The position numbers were made by a program, and so were the translations under genes. This document shows, piece after piece, positions 17,187-26,387 of a stretch of 39,361 nt of DNA; position 1 is the first letter of the stretch; each line of letters starts with the position of its first letter. Where the stretch lies: positions 1 to 39,361 of IMG/VR virus record IMGVR_UViG_3300038974_000844; one strand, written 5' to 3'. Under the pieces are notes generated by a model, which did no database searches, was not told the DNA's origin, and saw nothing but the letters and a program-made list of their open reading frames with translations. The stretch is from a virus. Lineage: Duplodnaviria; Caudoviricetes.

Positions 17187-18206
17187 CTAGGTAATTTCGC
17201 AACTACCTCCAGAGCAAGCAAGCTCACCCATAAGGCTTGTGTCATCTTGCATCTCTACTACCCCAGAAAGATCCACTTCATACAAATGCTTAACAGCTTC
17301 CTCATACTCCTCTTTTGTACACGTTTCAAAGGGAGCTTGAATATGAGATCCGTTGTCATAGGGAAGTACTGCAATGCCATTATAATGCTCGCGGTTTTCC
17401 CACATCCATTGTCCTACTGTATCCCACTCATCATCTTTCACGTTAATAGTGCAGGATACATTATTCTTGTTGATACCCTTCTTATGCCCTGGAACAATCC
17501 AATGTTGATACAGATACTTAACACGCTCCAGAGTATCGATTGCAGACTCGCTTCTTAGAACAGCCCCTTTAGGAGCTTTCATAGGAACTTTAATTACTCC
17601 TGTAGTATTAGGTTTGAAAAAGTCATCTTCAATCAACTCAGGATGCATAATCGAGAGGTATTTATATATTGCTTCGTCCTTTCCAACACGTACACGCCTC
17701 CAGTAATATTCATCATACCAGGCATGTACACCAGACGAGGTACCAAAAATAAGCGATGCTGTACCCGAGGGTTTGAGCACGGTACTTCGGGAGCTAGGAT
17801 TAATACCGAGCAGCTTAGCTACGCGTCTGTTCTCTTTTACTACTACCCTCGCTGCAGAATCGAGATCGTAGTCTTTTAAATGCTCACTAGCAACACCAGT
17901 TAATGATACGCCGATAAGCGCTTCTTTTTCTGTGGTATCTTTCCACTCATCTCTCAGGTAATGAAAATCCGTATAGCTAGATTGCAGAGTGGCTATAAAT
18001 GCAGCTGCTTTAGCGCGTTGCTCAAGATCCTCTTGAGACTCAACAGTTCCAAAATTAATTTCTACGAGATTGCAGAACTGATTAGCGCGCAAAGAAACCT
18101 CTCCGCAATTATGAACCACAATATCATTCGCGTAAAAATTATGATTATCCTCTACGGTAATATCATATACATCTTCTTTATTATCTAAATATTCAATAGT
18201 AAGCAT
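17187..18206 (-). CDS. nrdJ: Split-intein C half plus class II (B12-dependent) ribonucleotide reductase C-terminal part
   Basis: VYDITVEDNHNFYANDIVVHN|CGEVSL...FCNL, TVLKPSGTAS, QAPFE, C-terminal ACSGGSCEI. Confidence 0.95.
   Translation of the reverse strand: MLTIEYLDNKEDVYDITVEDNHNFYANDIVVHNCGEVSLRANQFCNLVEINFGTVESQEDLEQRAKAAAFIATLQSSYTDFHYLRDEWKDTTEKEALIGVSLTGVASEHLKDYDLDSAARVVVKENRRVAKLLGINPSSRSTVLKPSGTASLIFGTSSGVHAWYDEYYWRRVRVGKDEAIYKYLSIMHPELIEDDFFKPNTTGVIKVPMKAPKGAVLRSESAIDTLERVKYLYQHWIVPGHKKGINKNNVSCTINVKDDEWDTVGQWMWENREHYNGIAVLPYDNGSHIQAPFETCTKEEYEEAVKHLYEVDLSGVVEMQDDTSLMGELACSGGSCEIT
18108..18206 (-). mobile_element. Split intein C half (33 aa, +1 Cys)
   Basis: MLTIEYLDNKEDVYDITVEDNHNFYANDIVVHN|C. 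Confidence 0.93.
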
Positions 18207-19231
18207 TCTAACTCCTCTTTATTTGTTTTTTGAAGAAAACCCCAATTTTTAGGTTTCTCTTCAAATGTTAAACAAAAATTATAACCAAGCTCTTCGCATT
18301 GAGGAATGGCCGGTATCAATTTGTTTTTAATATAGTCTTCACCCTGTCGAAAAAAGGTTCCTTTAACTTCCACAACCCAAGGCTTTCCAAACTTATGTAT
18401 AATAAAATCTGGTCTATAGGAACCCCCGTTTGCTGTATCTAATATTAGCTCTTCATAATCCCACACTACTTTTTGTTTTTCAAAGAATTTAATATAATTT
18501 TCCTCATACCCAGAGCGCAATTGAATAAGGGTTAACCCCCTTTTATTGTACTTTAAATCCTTTAATAGGGGCCTTTTATAAAAAGAAGTCCTTCCCGCAG
18601 AATGAGGAATACTGATGGTGTTTAAACCCCACACAAAAAATTTAAACTTTGAAAAATCCTCTGGGTTTAGGTTTTGTATAAATTGTTTGTCAATTTTTCC
18701 AGGATATCTTTTTATGAATCTTTCACGACACTCAGGGGAAAAACCAGCAATCATTCTTAGCAAAACATTAACAACATTGTCTTTCTCTTTGTTTCTGGCA
18801 CTTAACATTTTAGAAAAACTAATATTGACATTTTCAGCATCTACTTTAATTCCTTTATTTTCTAACACTTTTTTTCTAAATTCAAAAGTATTAACTTCTT
18901 TATTGTGCAATTCTCCTTTTTTCATTAAGCCTGTTAAGGGGCTGTCTTCCTGTGATGCCAATTCTTTCATTCTTTTGGAGTGTTGAGGTCTTTTCCTGCA
19001 ATCAGGATTATCACATGCGGGGTATAGAAAAGGTATTCCATTTTTTCTTTCTACCACAGAACGGGGTTTTCCACAGGCACAAAACAAATCATCATACGTT
19101 CTGTCTCTTTTCTTTGTCTTTACATTTCTGCTTGTTAAATACCCCAGTAAAAAAGAAGTATCAACCCCCATCTTTTTACTCAACTCATCAATTTTTTTAA
19201 TAAATTCCTCTGTTATATCTCTTTTGTACAT
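18185..19231 (-). CDS. Free-standing PD-(D/E)xK homing endonuclease between the nrdJ halves
   Basis: RSGYE...WDYE...YRPDF...VEVKG plus an N-terminal Cys cluster (CACGK...CDNPDC). Lys-rich and AT-rich. Likely ATG at 19231. Confidence 0.85.
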   Translation of the reverse strand: MYKRDITEEFIKKIDELSKKMGVDTSFLLGYLTSRNVKTKKRDRTYDDLFCACGKPRSVVERKNGIPFLYPACDNPDCRKRPQHSKRMKELASQEDSPLTGLMKKGELHNKEVNTFEFRKKVLENKGIKVDAENVNISFSKMLSARNKEKDNVVNVLLRMIAGFSPECRERFIKRYPGKIDKQFIQNLNPEDFSKFKFFVWGLNTISIPHSAGRTSFYKRPLLKDLKYNKRGLTLIQLRSGYEENYIKFFEKQKVVWDYEELILDTANGGSYRPDFIIHKFGKPWVVEVKGTFFRQGEDYIKNKLIPAIPQCEELGYNFCLTFEEKPKNWGFLQKTNKEELECLLLNI

Positions 19232-19234
19232 GAC

Positions 19235-19277
19235 CACCAATCCTTGTGTATCTTATTAGTTAGTACAAGGATTGGTG
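19235..19277 (-). promoter_or_regulatory. RBS-sequestering hairpin with a promoter-like motif in its loop
   Basis: CACCAATCCTTGT-ACTAACTAATAAGATAC-ACAAGGATTGGTG-GTC-ATG; perfect 13-bp stem with AAGGA in the 3' arm. Confidence 0.8.
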
Positions 19278-19283
19278 ACAAGT

Positions 19284-20570
19284 TTACTCGTTGATTTCTA
19301 AAACGTCTGTTTCTTTTAAATACCGGGCTTCTACGTATCCCCTATTTTTTGTGAAAATCTTATGATCTGGTGTGCAGGTTACGCTGTTGCCCTTTTCATC
19401 GGTTACTTTCATAAGAGAAGCATTCTTTTTTGTCAGAGCAGCCGCTGTTATTTTCTTGAATTCCTTCTGCCCTGTTTTTTCATTAAAAGATAAAACTTCC
19501 AGCGATTCACCGGATGTAGCTAGTGAAACTACATCTTTCATTTGCATAGTTTCTTCATTGCCATCAAATCTAACTGCGAGCTTCGTGTTGCCGACCACGC
19601 AGGGGTTAGTTCCCCACTCTTCTGAATTACTAAAAAAGATTCCTGGCTCCCCGGATCTGCTTGCTTGAATCTTTTTCCAAAGATCAAAGAACACCTCTTC
19701 GTCAATTTGACTCCGCAACACCATCGCACTATTGTTGGCAAGAGCTCGTTGGGGGTTTAACTCCCACCAATTGCCGAACTTAGACTCAAGCATTTCCGTA
19801 TCATCGAGAGAAAAAAGAGAAATCATTGCTGAGCGGCGTATCCCTCCGCTGAGAACAGCTTCTGCTATATAGCACATAATATCATGAACTTCGATAGGCT
19901 TAAGCTGACAGGCTCTTCCTCGTTCTTGAATAGCATTTTCAAATACAGAAATAATTTTAACAAGACATTCTCGCAGTGGCTCTGGTCCAGGAGCCCTTCC
20001 TCCACTAGTTAGCAGCAATGATCCTTTGGATCTAATATCTCTGAAATCATAATCGATTTCACGCTTATTGTAGAAATAAGACTCTACAAGCACCTTAATA
20101 GCATCTGCCCATCCTTCAATGGAATCGCCAATAAGGTATCGTCTCTTGCGTTGTCTCCCTTCAGGACGCTGCACTCCCAGTACCGGAGGAAGCTTTCGTA
20201 CATGATGTTTTTGTACTGAAAATCCAACCCCCGTCCCGGAAAGCAGCAACTCCATAGCTTCAGAAAAAGCATCAGGATGGTCCATGTGCATAAAGCTACA
20301 GTTATAGATACGGATAGGGTTTAACTCAATTGGCTTACCCGCGAATTGCATACTACGCATAGAAGGTAAGTTCTTTTTATCGTATATAAATTGATATGCA
20401 TCTTCAATTTCTTCCTTCAATTCAGGAAACTTTTTAAGATGCATTGCTTTGTTTCTGTCTACAATTTCTGGCCACAATTCTCTACGCTGCTTATCTGGTA
20501 AATACTTTGCGTATTTCATATAAGCAATGATATCACTAAAAATTTGTGAAGACAAGGGTGGTTCTTTCAT
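19284..20570 (-). CDS. nrdJ: Class II ribonucleotide reductase N-terminal part plus split-intein N half
   Basis: LPSMRSMQFAG, YNCS, GTGVGFSV, GGRAPGPEPL, GGIRRSAMI, SGEPG, TNP|CVVG. Confidence 0.95.
   Translation of the reverse strand: MKEPPLSSQIFSDIIAYMKYAKYLPDKQRRELWPEIVDRNKAMHLKKFPELKEEIEDAYQFIYDKKNLPSMRSMQFAGKPIELNPIRIYNCSFMHMDHPDAFSEAMELLLSGTGVGFSVQKHHVRKLPPVLGVQRPEGRQRKRRYLIGDSIEGWADAIKVLVESYFYNKREIDYDFRDIRSKGSLLLTSGGRAPGPEPLRECLVKIISVFENAIQERGRACQLKPIEVHDIMCYIAEAVLSGGIRRSAMISLFSLDDTEMLESKFGNWWELNPQRALANNSAMVLRSQIDEEVFFDLWKKIQASRSGEPGIFFSNSEEWGTNPCVVGNTKLAVRFDGNEETMQMKDVVSLATSGESLEVLSFNEKTGQKEFKKITAAALTKKNASLMKVTDEKGNSVTCTPDHKIFTKNRGYVEARYLKETDVLEINE
19287..19601 (-). mobile_element. 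Split intein N half (class 1, Cys1, 105 aa)
   Basis: CVVGNTKL...VTCTPDHKIFTKNRGYVEARYLKETDVL. Confidence 0.93.
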
Positions 20571-20698
20571 GTATTATGCTCCTATAGGTATCAATACTAA
20601 TTATGTTGTTACATAAGACAATATAATCCAAAAGCAGCGATTGTTGGACAATACGCTGCAAGGATAAATTAGTAGAGAATACCAAAGAGGCAGCTGAT

Positions 20699-21193
20699 AT
20701 GATAGATGAAAAATTTGATGCGACATTACAACTCATTCAAGACAAAAAAAGAAAGATTTCTTTCTACGAAAAGGAGTTAAAAGCTCTCTTTGAGACTGAG
20801 CTTAAAGAGGATTTTGCGCGTTTTGCTGAACAACTACAAGCATACCATAAAAAATATCATAGCTACTTAGAGCTTCTTAGTAAATATGAAAAGGTTGAAA
20901 AGATCACTCCATTAGATATTTTTCCTGGAATACGTACAGTCAAAAGTATGGCCGATACAGCAGGGATGGAAGAAGATTCTAAGACAATGGAAAAGCTCGC
21001 TAATGATATTAAGCAATTAGAAGCTATACTTGAGCGACGTGAGGGGGATCTTATTAATAATACTAAGCAAGTGTCCCAGATGATTTCAAGTCTCTTATCT
21101 TTGCACGGAGAAGTACAAGAAGCATACCGCCAAATTATGGAGCAGCTAGACTCTGTATATGATATCGGATTCCTGTCTCGTAATAGCAACTAA
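20699..21193 (+). CDS. Hypothetical coiled-coil protein (164 aa)
   Basis: Heptad-rich ORF with GAGG SD. Confidence 0.75.
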   Translation: MIDEKFDATLQLIQDKKRKISFYEKELKALFETELKEDFARFAEQLQAYHKKYHSYLELLSKYEKVEKITPLDIFPGIRTVKSMADTAGMEEDSKTMEKLANDIKQLEAILERREGDLINNTKQVSQMISSLLSLHGEVQEAYRQIMEQLDSVYDIGFLSRNSN

Positions 21194-21396
21194 ACTTCTA
21201 GAGCAAGTGGTGAGCGCTGTTCCCCTGGAATATGCTCAGAATTTCCATACATAATATCCTCAGCGCGAATACAAGCAAATCGTGTAGCAGGCTTGAAAAA
21301 CACACACGAAGAAACATACTCAGAGGAATCCACTACCATATACTTTAGCATACATACTGTATGATTGTCGTGTATGCAGCGTCTACAAATATGCAT
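21190..21396 (-). CDS. Small Cys-rich hypothetical protein
   Basis: CxxC...C...C pattern; directly follows the polymerase, with ACTAATT just upstream of its ATG. Confidence 0.6.
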   Translation of the reverse strand: MHICRRCIHDNHTVCMLKYMVVDSSEYVSSCVFFKPATRFACIRAEDIMYGNSEHIPGEQRSPLALEV

Positions 21397-21402
21397 ACAT
21401 AA

Positions 21403-23475
21403 TTAGTCAACCACAAGTGTATCGTGTTCAGTTAAGTCGCGTGCAAATACATAACCTCTATTAACTGTTTCTACTTGCTGTCCATCTAGAAATGTATGTG
21501 CCTTACCGTCTTGTTCTACTGTGATTTCAGTTATGTCGAATAATCTATTCTTTACAAACACATTATACGCTGTGCGCGTGTGTACATCAGCATCTCTGCG
21601 CGTACGGAATAGATCTGTTAGTGCTGGATCGTCTCCATCAAGAGATGCTAGTCGTAACTGCATTGCTGCATAGTCCACTGTCATGAGATAATACTCGTCT
21701 TCGTTAGGAGGAACAATGCAGGATTTTATATCCTTGGCTACTTTTCCACGCGTAGGCACATTCATGAGATTTGGCTCACGACAGCGTGTTCTTCCGGAAT
21801 CTGTTCCCAGAGGATTGTAATTACCGTGTAAGCGATAGCTGTCATCCTCTGGATGATACTGTAGTAAGCTCGTCCAACCGGTGCCCCCACCAGGAGTCCC
21901 AACAAACGTTTTAAGGAACACGTTCAGTGTTCTCATTTCTTGTATAAGAGCTGCCTCTGAATGAGACTTAGCCCAAAGAGCTAGCTGATCGTCACTACAC
22001 TGATAGTGACCCGCTTTCGTGCGTCCGAGATCCTCCCATCCTTTTTCCTCAAGAAGCTTTCCTAGTTTAGTTGAGGAATCAAAATCAAAAAGTGGGCTTA
22101 CTTCAAAGCTTTCTGACAGCTTTTGCTTTACCTCTGCTATTAATCTAAGAATTTTCTCTCGCGTAGCATTCAACCGTTCCATGCTTACTGGTACGCCATA
22201 GTATTCTATATGAGCATACATATTAGCGGCCGGTATACGAATTGTTTTATAGTAACTTTCTAAGTTATGAGTATATCCTTTTTCATTAGGATATTTCTTA
22301 TCGAGAGAGCGCATGTGCTTAAGCATGCGATGAAATACTCTCCACGTTACTATTGCGTCCATAACAGCATACTCTCGTAATATTTCTTCTGGAATATCTA
22401 GGTAATTATCTATTTTAGTCTTTCTCTTATACTCTTCAAGAGCCCAATCATACCCTCCAAATTCAGAATACAAGTATGCAAGTGTCTTAAGAGAATTAGA
22501 GCGTGTTTCGTCGAGCGTATGTCCCATCATTACAATATCTTCATCTATACGCGCGGCGGTAATGCCTTCATGAAGAAGAAACTTTACGTCAAATTTTAAG
22601 TTTGCTCCCAATTGTATATTTTTCGATAGTATATCATTTAACTTTTCTTTATCTACAGCATCCCAGCGAATATAGTATCCTGTCTTCCCGTCAAAGCTAA
22701 GTGTAATGCATCCGATTTTATCCTGCAAAAAATTAAACCCGCTCGTTTCCAAGTCTTCTGCTAGTAGCTCTCCAGTACGATGTTTATGTTCCTCATAAAA
22801 TGCATCAAATTCTTCTCGCGTGTTAATATATACTTTTGTGATTTGAGGAAAGCGTGGAGGAGGAAATTGTTTATTCCTCACAATAGTCTTGAACTGAAAT
22901 TGAGCAAGCTTAGTCTTAAAGCTGTCGACAGGAGGAGCAGAAAAGCCGTACGCAAATATATCAGTAAAGCTTTCAATCGGAAATATCCAATTACCACGTG
23001 GGTGATCGAGATTTGTACCGTAGCATACATCGCGTGAGAACCAAAACTGCGATACCCCAAAAATGCGCTGATGAGTATAATCAGGGTATACATCATCACT
23101 CATAGTAACCGCATAGAGCGCTGCTCCTGCAGTAATAAGAATTGCGTTTTCAGGAACTTCATTCCAAAAATCAGATGCGTTATTACGATAAAAGTCTACA
23201 AGGCCACTCTTCTGCTCTTGCTTAATCTGCTCTTTCGTAGCAATACAATTTAATGCTGTTACAATCTTGTATCGCGTAATACGATTAGCTTCCAAAAATG
23301 TACGAATAGACTTAATCTGATACTCGTTATAGTATTGATCGGCAAGCACGACAACTGGCTGAGAATAGCTAGCATATGCACGGGATTGATCGACGAGCAC
23401 GATAGTGTCGATTGTCCTGAGATTGATTACATGCTTCTTTGAAGCTACATTTATTTTACCGAATGCGAATGCCAT
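21403..23475 (-). CDS. polA: Family A DNA polymerase, N-terminal chain only (UDG-like domain, 3'-5' exonuclease, through motif A)
   Basis: ExoI DLETSG, ExoII NLKFD, ExoIII YAVMDA, TDSGRTRCREPNLMNVP, motif A VDYAAMQLR, DVH. Motifs B and C are absent. Likely start is MAFAFG at 23475. Confidence 0.92.
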   Translation of the reverse strand: MAFAFGKINVASKKHVINLRTIDTIVLVDQSRAYASYSQPVVVLADQYYNEYQIKSIRTFLEANRITRYKIVTALNCIATKEQIKQEQKSGLVDFYRNNASDFWNEVPENAILITAGAALYAVTMSDDVYPDYTHQRIFGVSQFWFSRDVCYGTNLDHPRGNWIFPIESFTDIFAYGFSAPPVDSFKTKLAQFQFKTIVRNKQFPPPRFPQITKVYINTREEFDAFYEEHKHRTGELLAEDLETSGFNFLQDKIGCITLSFDGKTGYYIRWDAVDKEKLNDILSKNIQLGANLKFDVKFLLHEGITAARIDEDIVMMGHTLDETRSNSLKTLAYLYSEFGGYDWALEEYKRKTKIDNYLDIPEEILREYAVMDAIVTWRVFHRMLKHMRSLDKKYPNEKGYTHNLESYYKTIRIPAANMYAHIEYYGVPVSMERLNATREKILRLIAEVKQKLSESFEVSPLFDFDSSTKLGKLLEEKGWEDLGRTKAGHYQCSDDQLALWAKSHSEAALIQEMRTLNVFLKTFVGTPGGGTGWTSLLQYHPEDDSYRLHGNYNPLGTDSGRTRCREPNLMNVPTRGKVAKDIKSCIVPPNEDEYYLMTVDYAAMQLRLASLDGDDPALTDLFRTRRDADVHTRTAYNVFVKNRLFDITEITVEQDGKAHTFLDGQQVETVNRGYVFARDLTEHDTLVVD

Positions 23476-23539
23476 ATGAATAATATACGCAGAAATGCAC
23501 AAAAGTTGTAGAGGAAAAAACATGTGTTTAACAGTGAAA

Positions 23540-23745
23540 GCTCCTAGTACTGAACTTTCTAGTGCTGAACAAAGTTCAGGTATATATAAAAATAGATATA
23601 TATAAAAATATCTTAATAAAAAAAATACTAAAGAGTGAATCTATATAATATATATGAAATTAATTCTTTATATAATATATAGTTATTTTTATAGGTGTGC
23701 TTTATTTTTATATATTGTAAGAGGTTATTTGACTTATTTTCTTTG
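23540..23745. other. AT-rich intergenic region with short repeats; candidate replication origin
   Basis: CTAGTACTGAAC / CTAGTGCTGAAC / inverted GTTCAG, then TATATATAAAAATA x2 and a long AT tract, between the divergent pol and primase operons. Confidence 0.45.
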
Positions 23746-23774
23746 CAACTAACTAAATAACTTGGAGATATTGA

Positions 23775-24137
23775 GTGCAAACAGAAGAGCTTGGATTTTA
23801 TTATATGGTATATCAACCCAATCCACCAAAAGAGCGTGTACGTGCTTGGCTGGATGGAGATCCTGCATGCAAGTATTACTCGTATGACTCTCTTATGAAG
23901 CTTATTCCGCATAATATGCAAGCTGCTATAAAGAAATCTTTGATGGAGTATTCACTCTTTTTGTGGGATGTGCATAATGAAGGATTGCGCCGCCTCTCAT
24001 CTAAGGGTGGAAAGATTCCTATAGGTGAGTGGATAAAGAATAAGAAAACAGAAGGAGCTGTAGAAGAGCCTCTTTCTATAGAAGATCAATATTGGAATAG
24101 AGATTATACAGAAGATGGTCTAATTATCAAGAAGTAG
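23775..24137 (+). CDS. Hypothetical protein (120 aa)
   Basis: GGAG SD before GTG; ACTAACT motif upstream. Confidence 0.75.
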   Translation: MQTEELGFYYMVYQPNPPKERVRAWLDGDPACKYYSYDSLMKLIPHNMQAAIKKSLMEYSLFLWDVHNEGLRRLSSKGGKIPIGEWIKNKKTEGAVEEPLSIEDQYWNRDYTEDGLIIKK

Positions 24138-24154
24138 CTGTTATATTATGCGTA

Positions 24155-25150
24155 ATGATTACGCGCAGCGAGCTTACACGACAGGCTATTCATCTCCTTA
24201 ATCTTCGTACGCAGCATGCTATAACTGAGCATACAGATAATATCTTCGTGCACTGCCCATTTCACGTGGATAAGACTCCATCACTTTCTATTTCGTTAGA
24301 GAGAGGTATATATCGCTGTTTCTCTTGCCAAAGCGGTGGATCAATAGAAAAGCTGTATCGTGAAGTTACAGGTGATAATCTATATAAGGTGCTCGGCATT
24401 AAAGATGATCCGTTTGATATGTATGCCTTTCAGCGTACTATGCAAGCTCCATTGCAAGAAACATTCGAAAACTATTTTGAGAAGACACATATCCGATATG
24501 AACCCGCTGACTTTAAAAGTATAAAATACAATCCGTTGGCGTTACGTTATTTACGCAGACGCGCTATTCCTCTATCCGTAGCTCACGAGCTCGGAATGCG
24601 CTACGTAGAAAAAGGATATATTAACAATACACTGTTTGAAAAACGCCTCACTATACCCATTTATGAAAACGGAAAACTTGTGTCTATAGAAGGGCGCGAT
24701 ATTACTGGGTTGTCAACAAAGGATAAGACATATCCTAAATGTAAGTACCCGAAAGGTTCCAGTGTTAATACACTGTTTGATATAGATAACCTTAATAAAG
24801 AGGAGGACATCTATGCGGTAGAGGGAATTATGGATGTAGCTATATTGCGTAAGTATCCGCAGTTACAGAATAGTACAGCGTTATTTGGTTCGGGAATAAC
24901 ACGTAGACAAATTCATTTAATTAAGCAGTGCAGGAGGTTTATACTTATACCTGATAACGATGCTGCAGGGGAAGGAGCGATTCGCTTATTGAGAGAGCAA
25001 CAATTAGACAATGTTTGGATTCTACGTCTTCCTAGTACAGTTGGAGGAGTGTATATAAAAGATCCTGGTGATTATGATACCAAGACAAAAGAAAATCTCG
25101 GAGATCTTCTTAAGAAAAAATGGCTTTCATATGCGAGACCACTAAATTAA
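24155..25150 (+). CDS. dnaG: DNA primase (CHC2 zinc finger plus TOPRIM)
   Basis: CPFHVDKTPSL...CFSC, VEGIMD, PDNDAAG, KDPGD. Confidence 0.95.
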   Translation: MITRSELTRQAIHLLNLRTQHAITEHTDNIFVHCPFHVDKTPSLSISLERGIYRCFSCQSGGSIEKLYREVTGDNLYKVLGIKDDPFDMYAFQRTMQAPLQETFENYFEKTHIRYEPADFKSIKYNPLALRYLRRRAIPLSVAHELGMRYVEKGYINNTLFEKRLTIPIYENGKLVSIEGRDITGLSTKDKTYPKCKYPKGSSVNTLFDIDNLNKEEDIYAVEGIMDVAILRKYPQLQNSTALFGSGITRRQIHLIKQCRRFILIPDNDAAGEGAIRLLREQQLDNVWILRLPSTVGGVYIKDPGDYDTKTKENLGDLLKKKWLSYARPLN

Positions 25151-25179
25151 CAACATAAAATGCTAAAGGAGAAGTATAA

Positions 25180-25434
25180 ATGATAATTTCACGAGATGAA
25201 GTTATGAATCTATTTTCAAGTGCTTATGACAGAGATGAGCAAGCAGCAGAGATTAAGAAAGATATTGCTGCAGATCTTGTTACATATGCTGAAAATAATG
25301 AATTGAATGCTAAGAGTGTAAAGCAAGCATACGCGCTATACAAGAAATATAGAAAAGGTAGTGTACCTACCGATGATGATGCATACTTCGAGCTTACAGC
25401 AGCCGTAGAAGATTATTTTGCATCACAGGAGTAG
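25180..25434 (+). CDS. Small dsDNA-binding protein (T4 DsbA/GapR-like)
   Basis: Size and the pattern EIKKDIAADL..YAENNELNAKSVKQAYALYKK. AAGGAG SD. Confidence 0.5.
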   Translation: MIISRDEVMNLFSSAYDRDEQAAEIKKDIAADLVTYAENNELNAKSVKQAYALYKKYRKGSVPTDDDAYFELTAAVEDYFASQE

Positions 25435-25437
25435 GCT

Positions 25438-25995
25438 ATGTTATATACTAAGACAGACTCTGCAAAGTACATAGCTGAATTTAAAACACGCTTTACTAAC
25501 TTTGCACAGAAATCCCCTATCCTTCTTTCTTTTGTGGTATCGGATGCAGCAGTAGAAATCATTCACGAGAATTCTGGAATGACTCATCGCTTTGAGTGGG
25601 ACTTCACTATTCCTGTAAAAAGCTTTATTCATGAAATAAAGCAGGTGTTGAGCGATAATCACTACCCGCGCATAGCGAAAGTTACAAAAGAACTGATATC
25701 GCTTACCCCTGACGAGCAGGCTACCTTGATAGCAAACGGAACATCTGTTGATGAAGTTCCCTCGTATAGAGAAGAAATACAAAAAGAAATCTTTAAGATA
25801 GATAAGGTAATCACATTAGACGATATTATTATTCTTCAATCAGAACGTGATTATAGAATGTATCGGTATAAGATGAATTATTCCTGTATCTTCTTCCTAC
25901 GCAAGTATCGACAAGGTGAGTATAAATCATTAGAAGAAGCAGGTGATTTTTTCTTTAGTAAAGCAACGTTATTGAACGAGTTACCGCATAAATAG
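25438..25995 (+). CDS. Hypothetical protein (185 aa)
   Basis: Operon-packed ORF with AGGAG SD. Confidence 0.8.
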   Translation: MLYTKTDSAKYIAEFKTRFTNFAQKSPILLSFVVSDAAVEIIHENSGMTHRFEWDFTIPVKSFIHEIKQVLSDNHYPRIAKVTKELISLTPDEQATLIANGTSVDEVPSYREEIQKEIFKIDKVITLDDIIILQSERDYRMYRYKMNYSCIFFLRKYRQGEYKSLEEAGDFFFSKATLLNELPHK

Positions 25996-26006
25996 AGGTA
26001 CGGTGC

Positions 26007-26387
26007 ATGGGAAGGCGTGATTATAAGGATGCTGAATGGCACAGGGTAAAAAAGCAGGTACGGGAACGCGACGGAGAAATTTGCAGGCTTCTTCGGATTA
26101 TATCCGCTAAGCAAGCATTATTTCTTAAAAAGAATGCAGAAGGTATTTTGCAAAAGCTTGATCCTGCTCACATCTTTCCCGTGTCCACGCACCCAAACCT
26201 TTGTTACGAACCGAATAATATTGTATTGTTAAATAGATATTCACATAATATGCTTGACTTTGGAAGAGACCCAATTCTTGGAGAGCCTATTTCTCACGAA
26301 GAGACTTTAGCCTGGTGGGAGCGCATTGCAGGACCTGAGCAGTGGGAATTCTTACAAAGAAAAATACAAGGGGATGACTATGAGTGA
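26007..26387 (+). CDS. HNH-like nuclease
   Basis: WHRVKKQVRERDGEIC...LDPAHIFP...NIVLLNRYSH. Confidence 0.7.
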   Translation: MGRRDYKDAEWHRVKKQVRERDGEICRLLRIISAKQALFLKKNAEGILQKLDPAHIFPVSTHPNLCYEPNNIVLLNRYSHNMLDFGRDPILGEPISHEETLAWWERIAGPEQWEFLQRKIQGDDYE

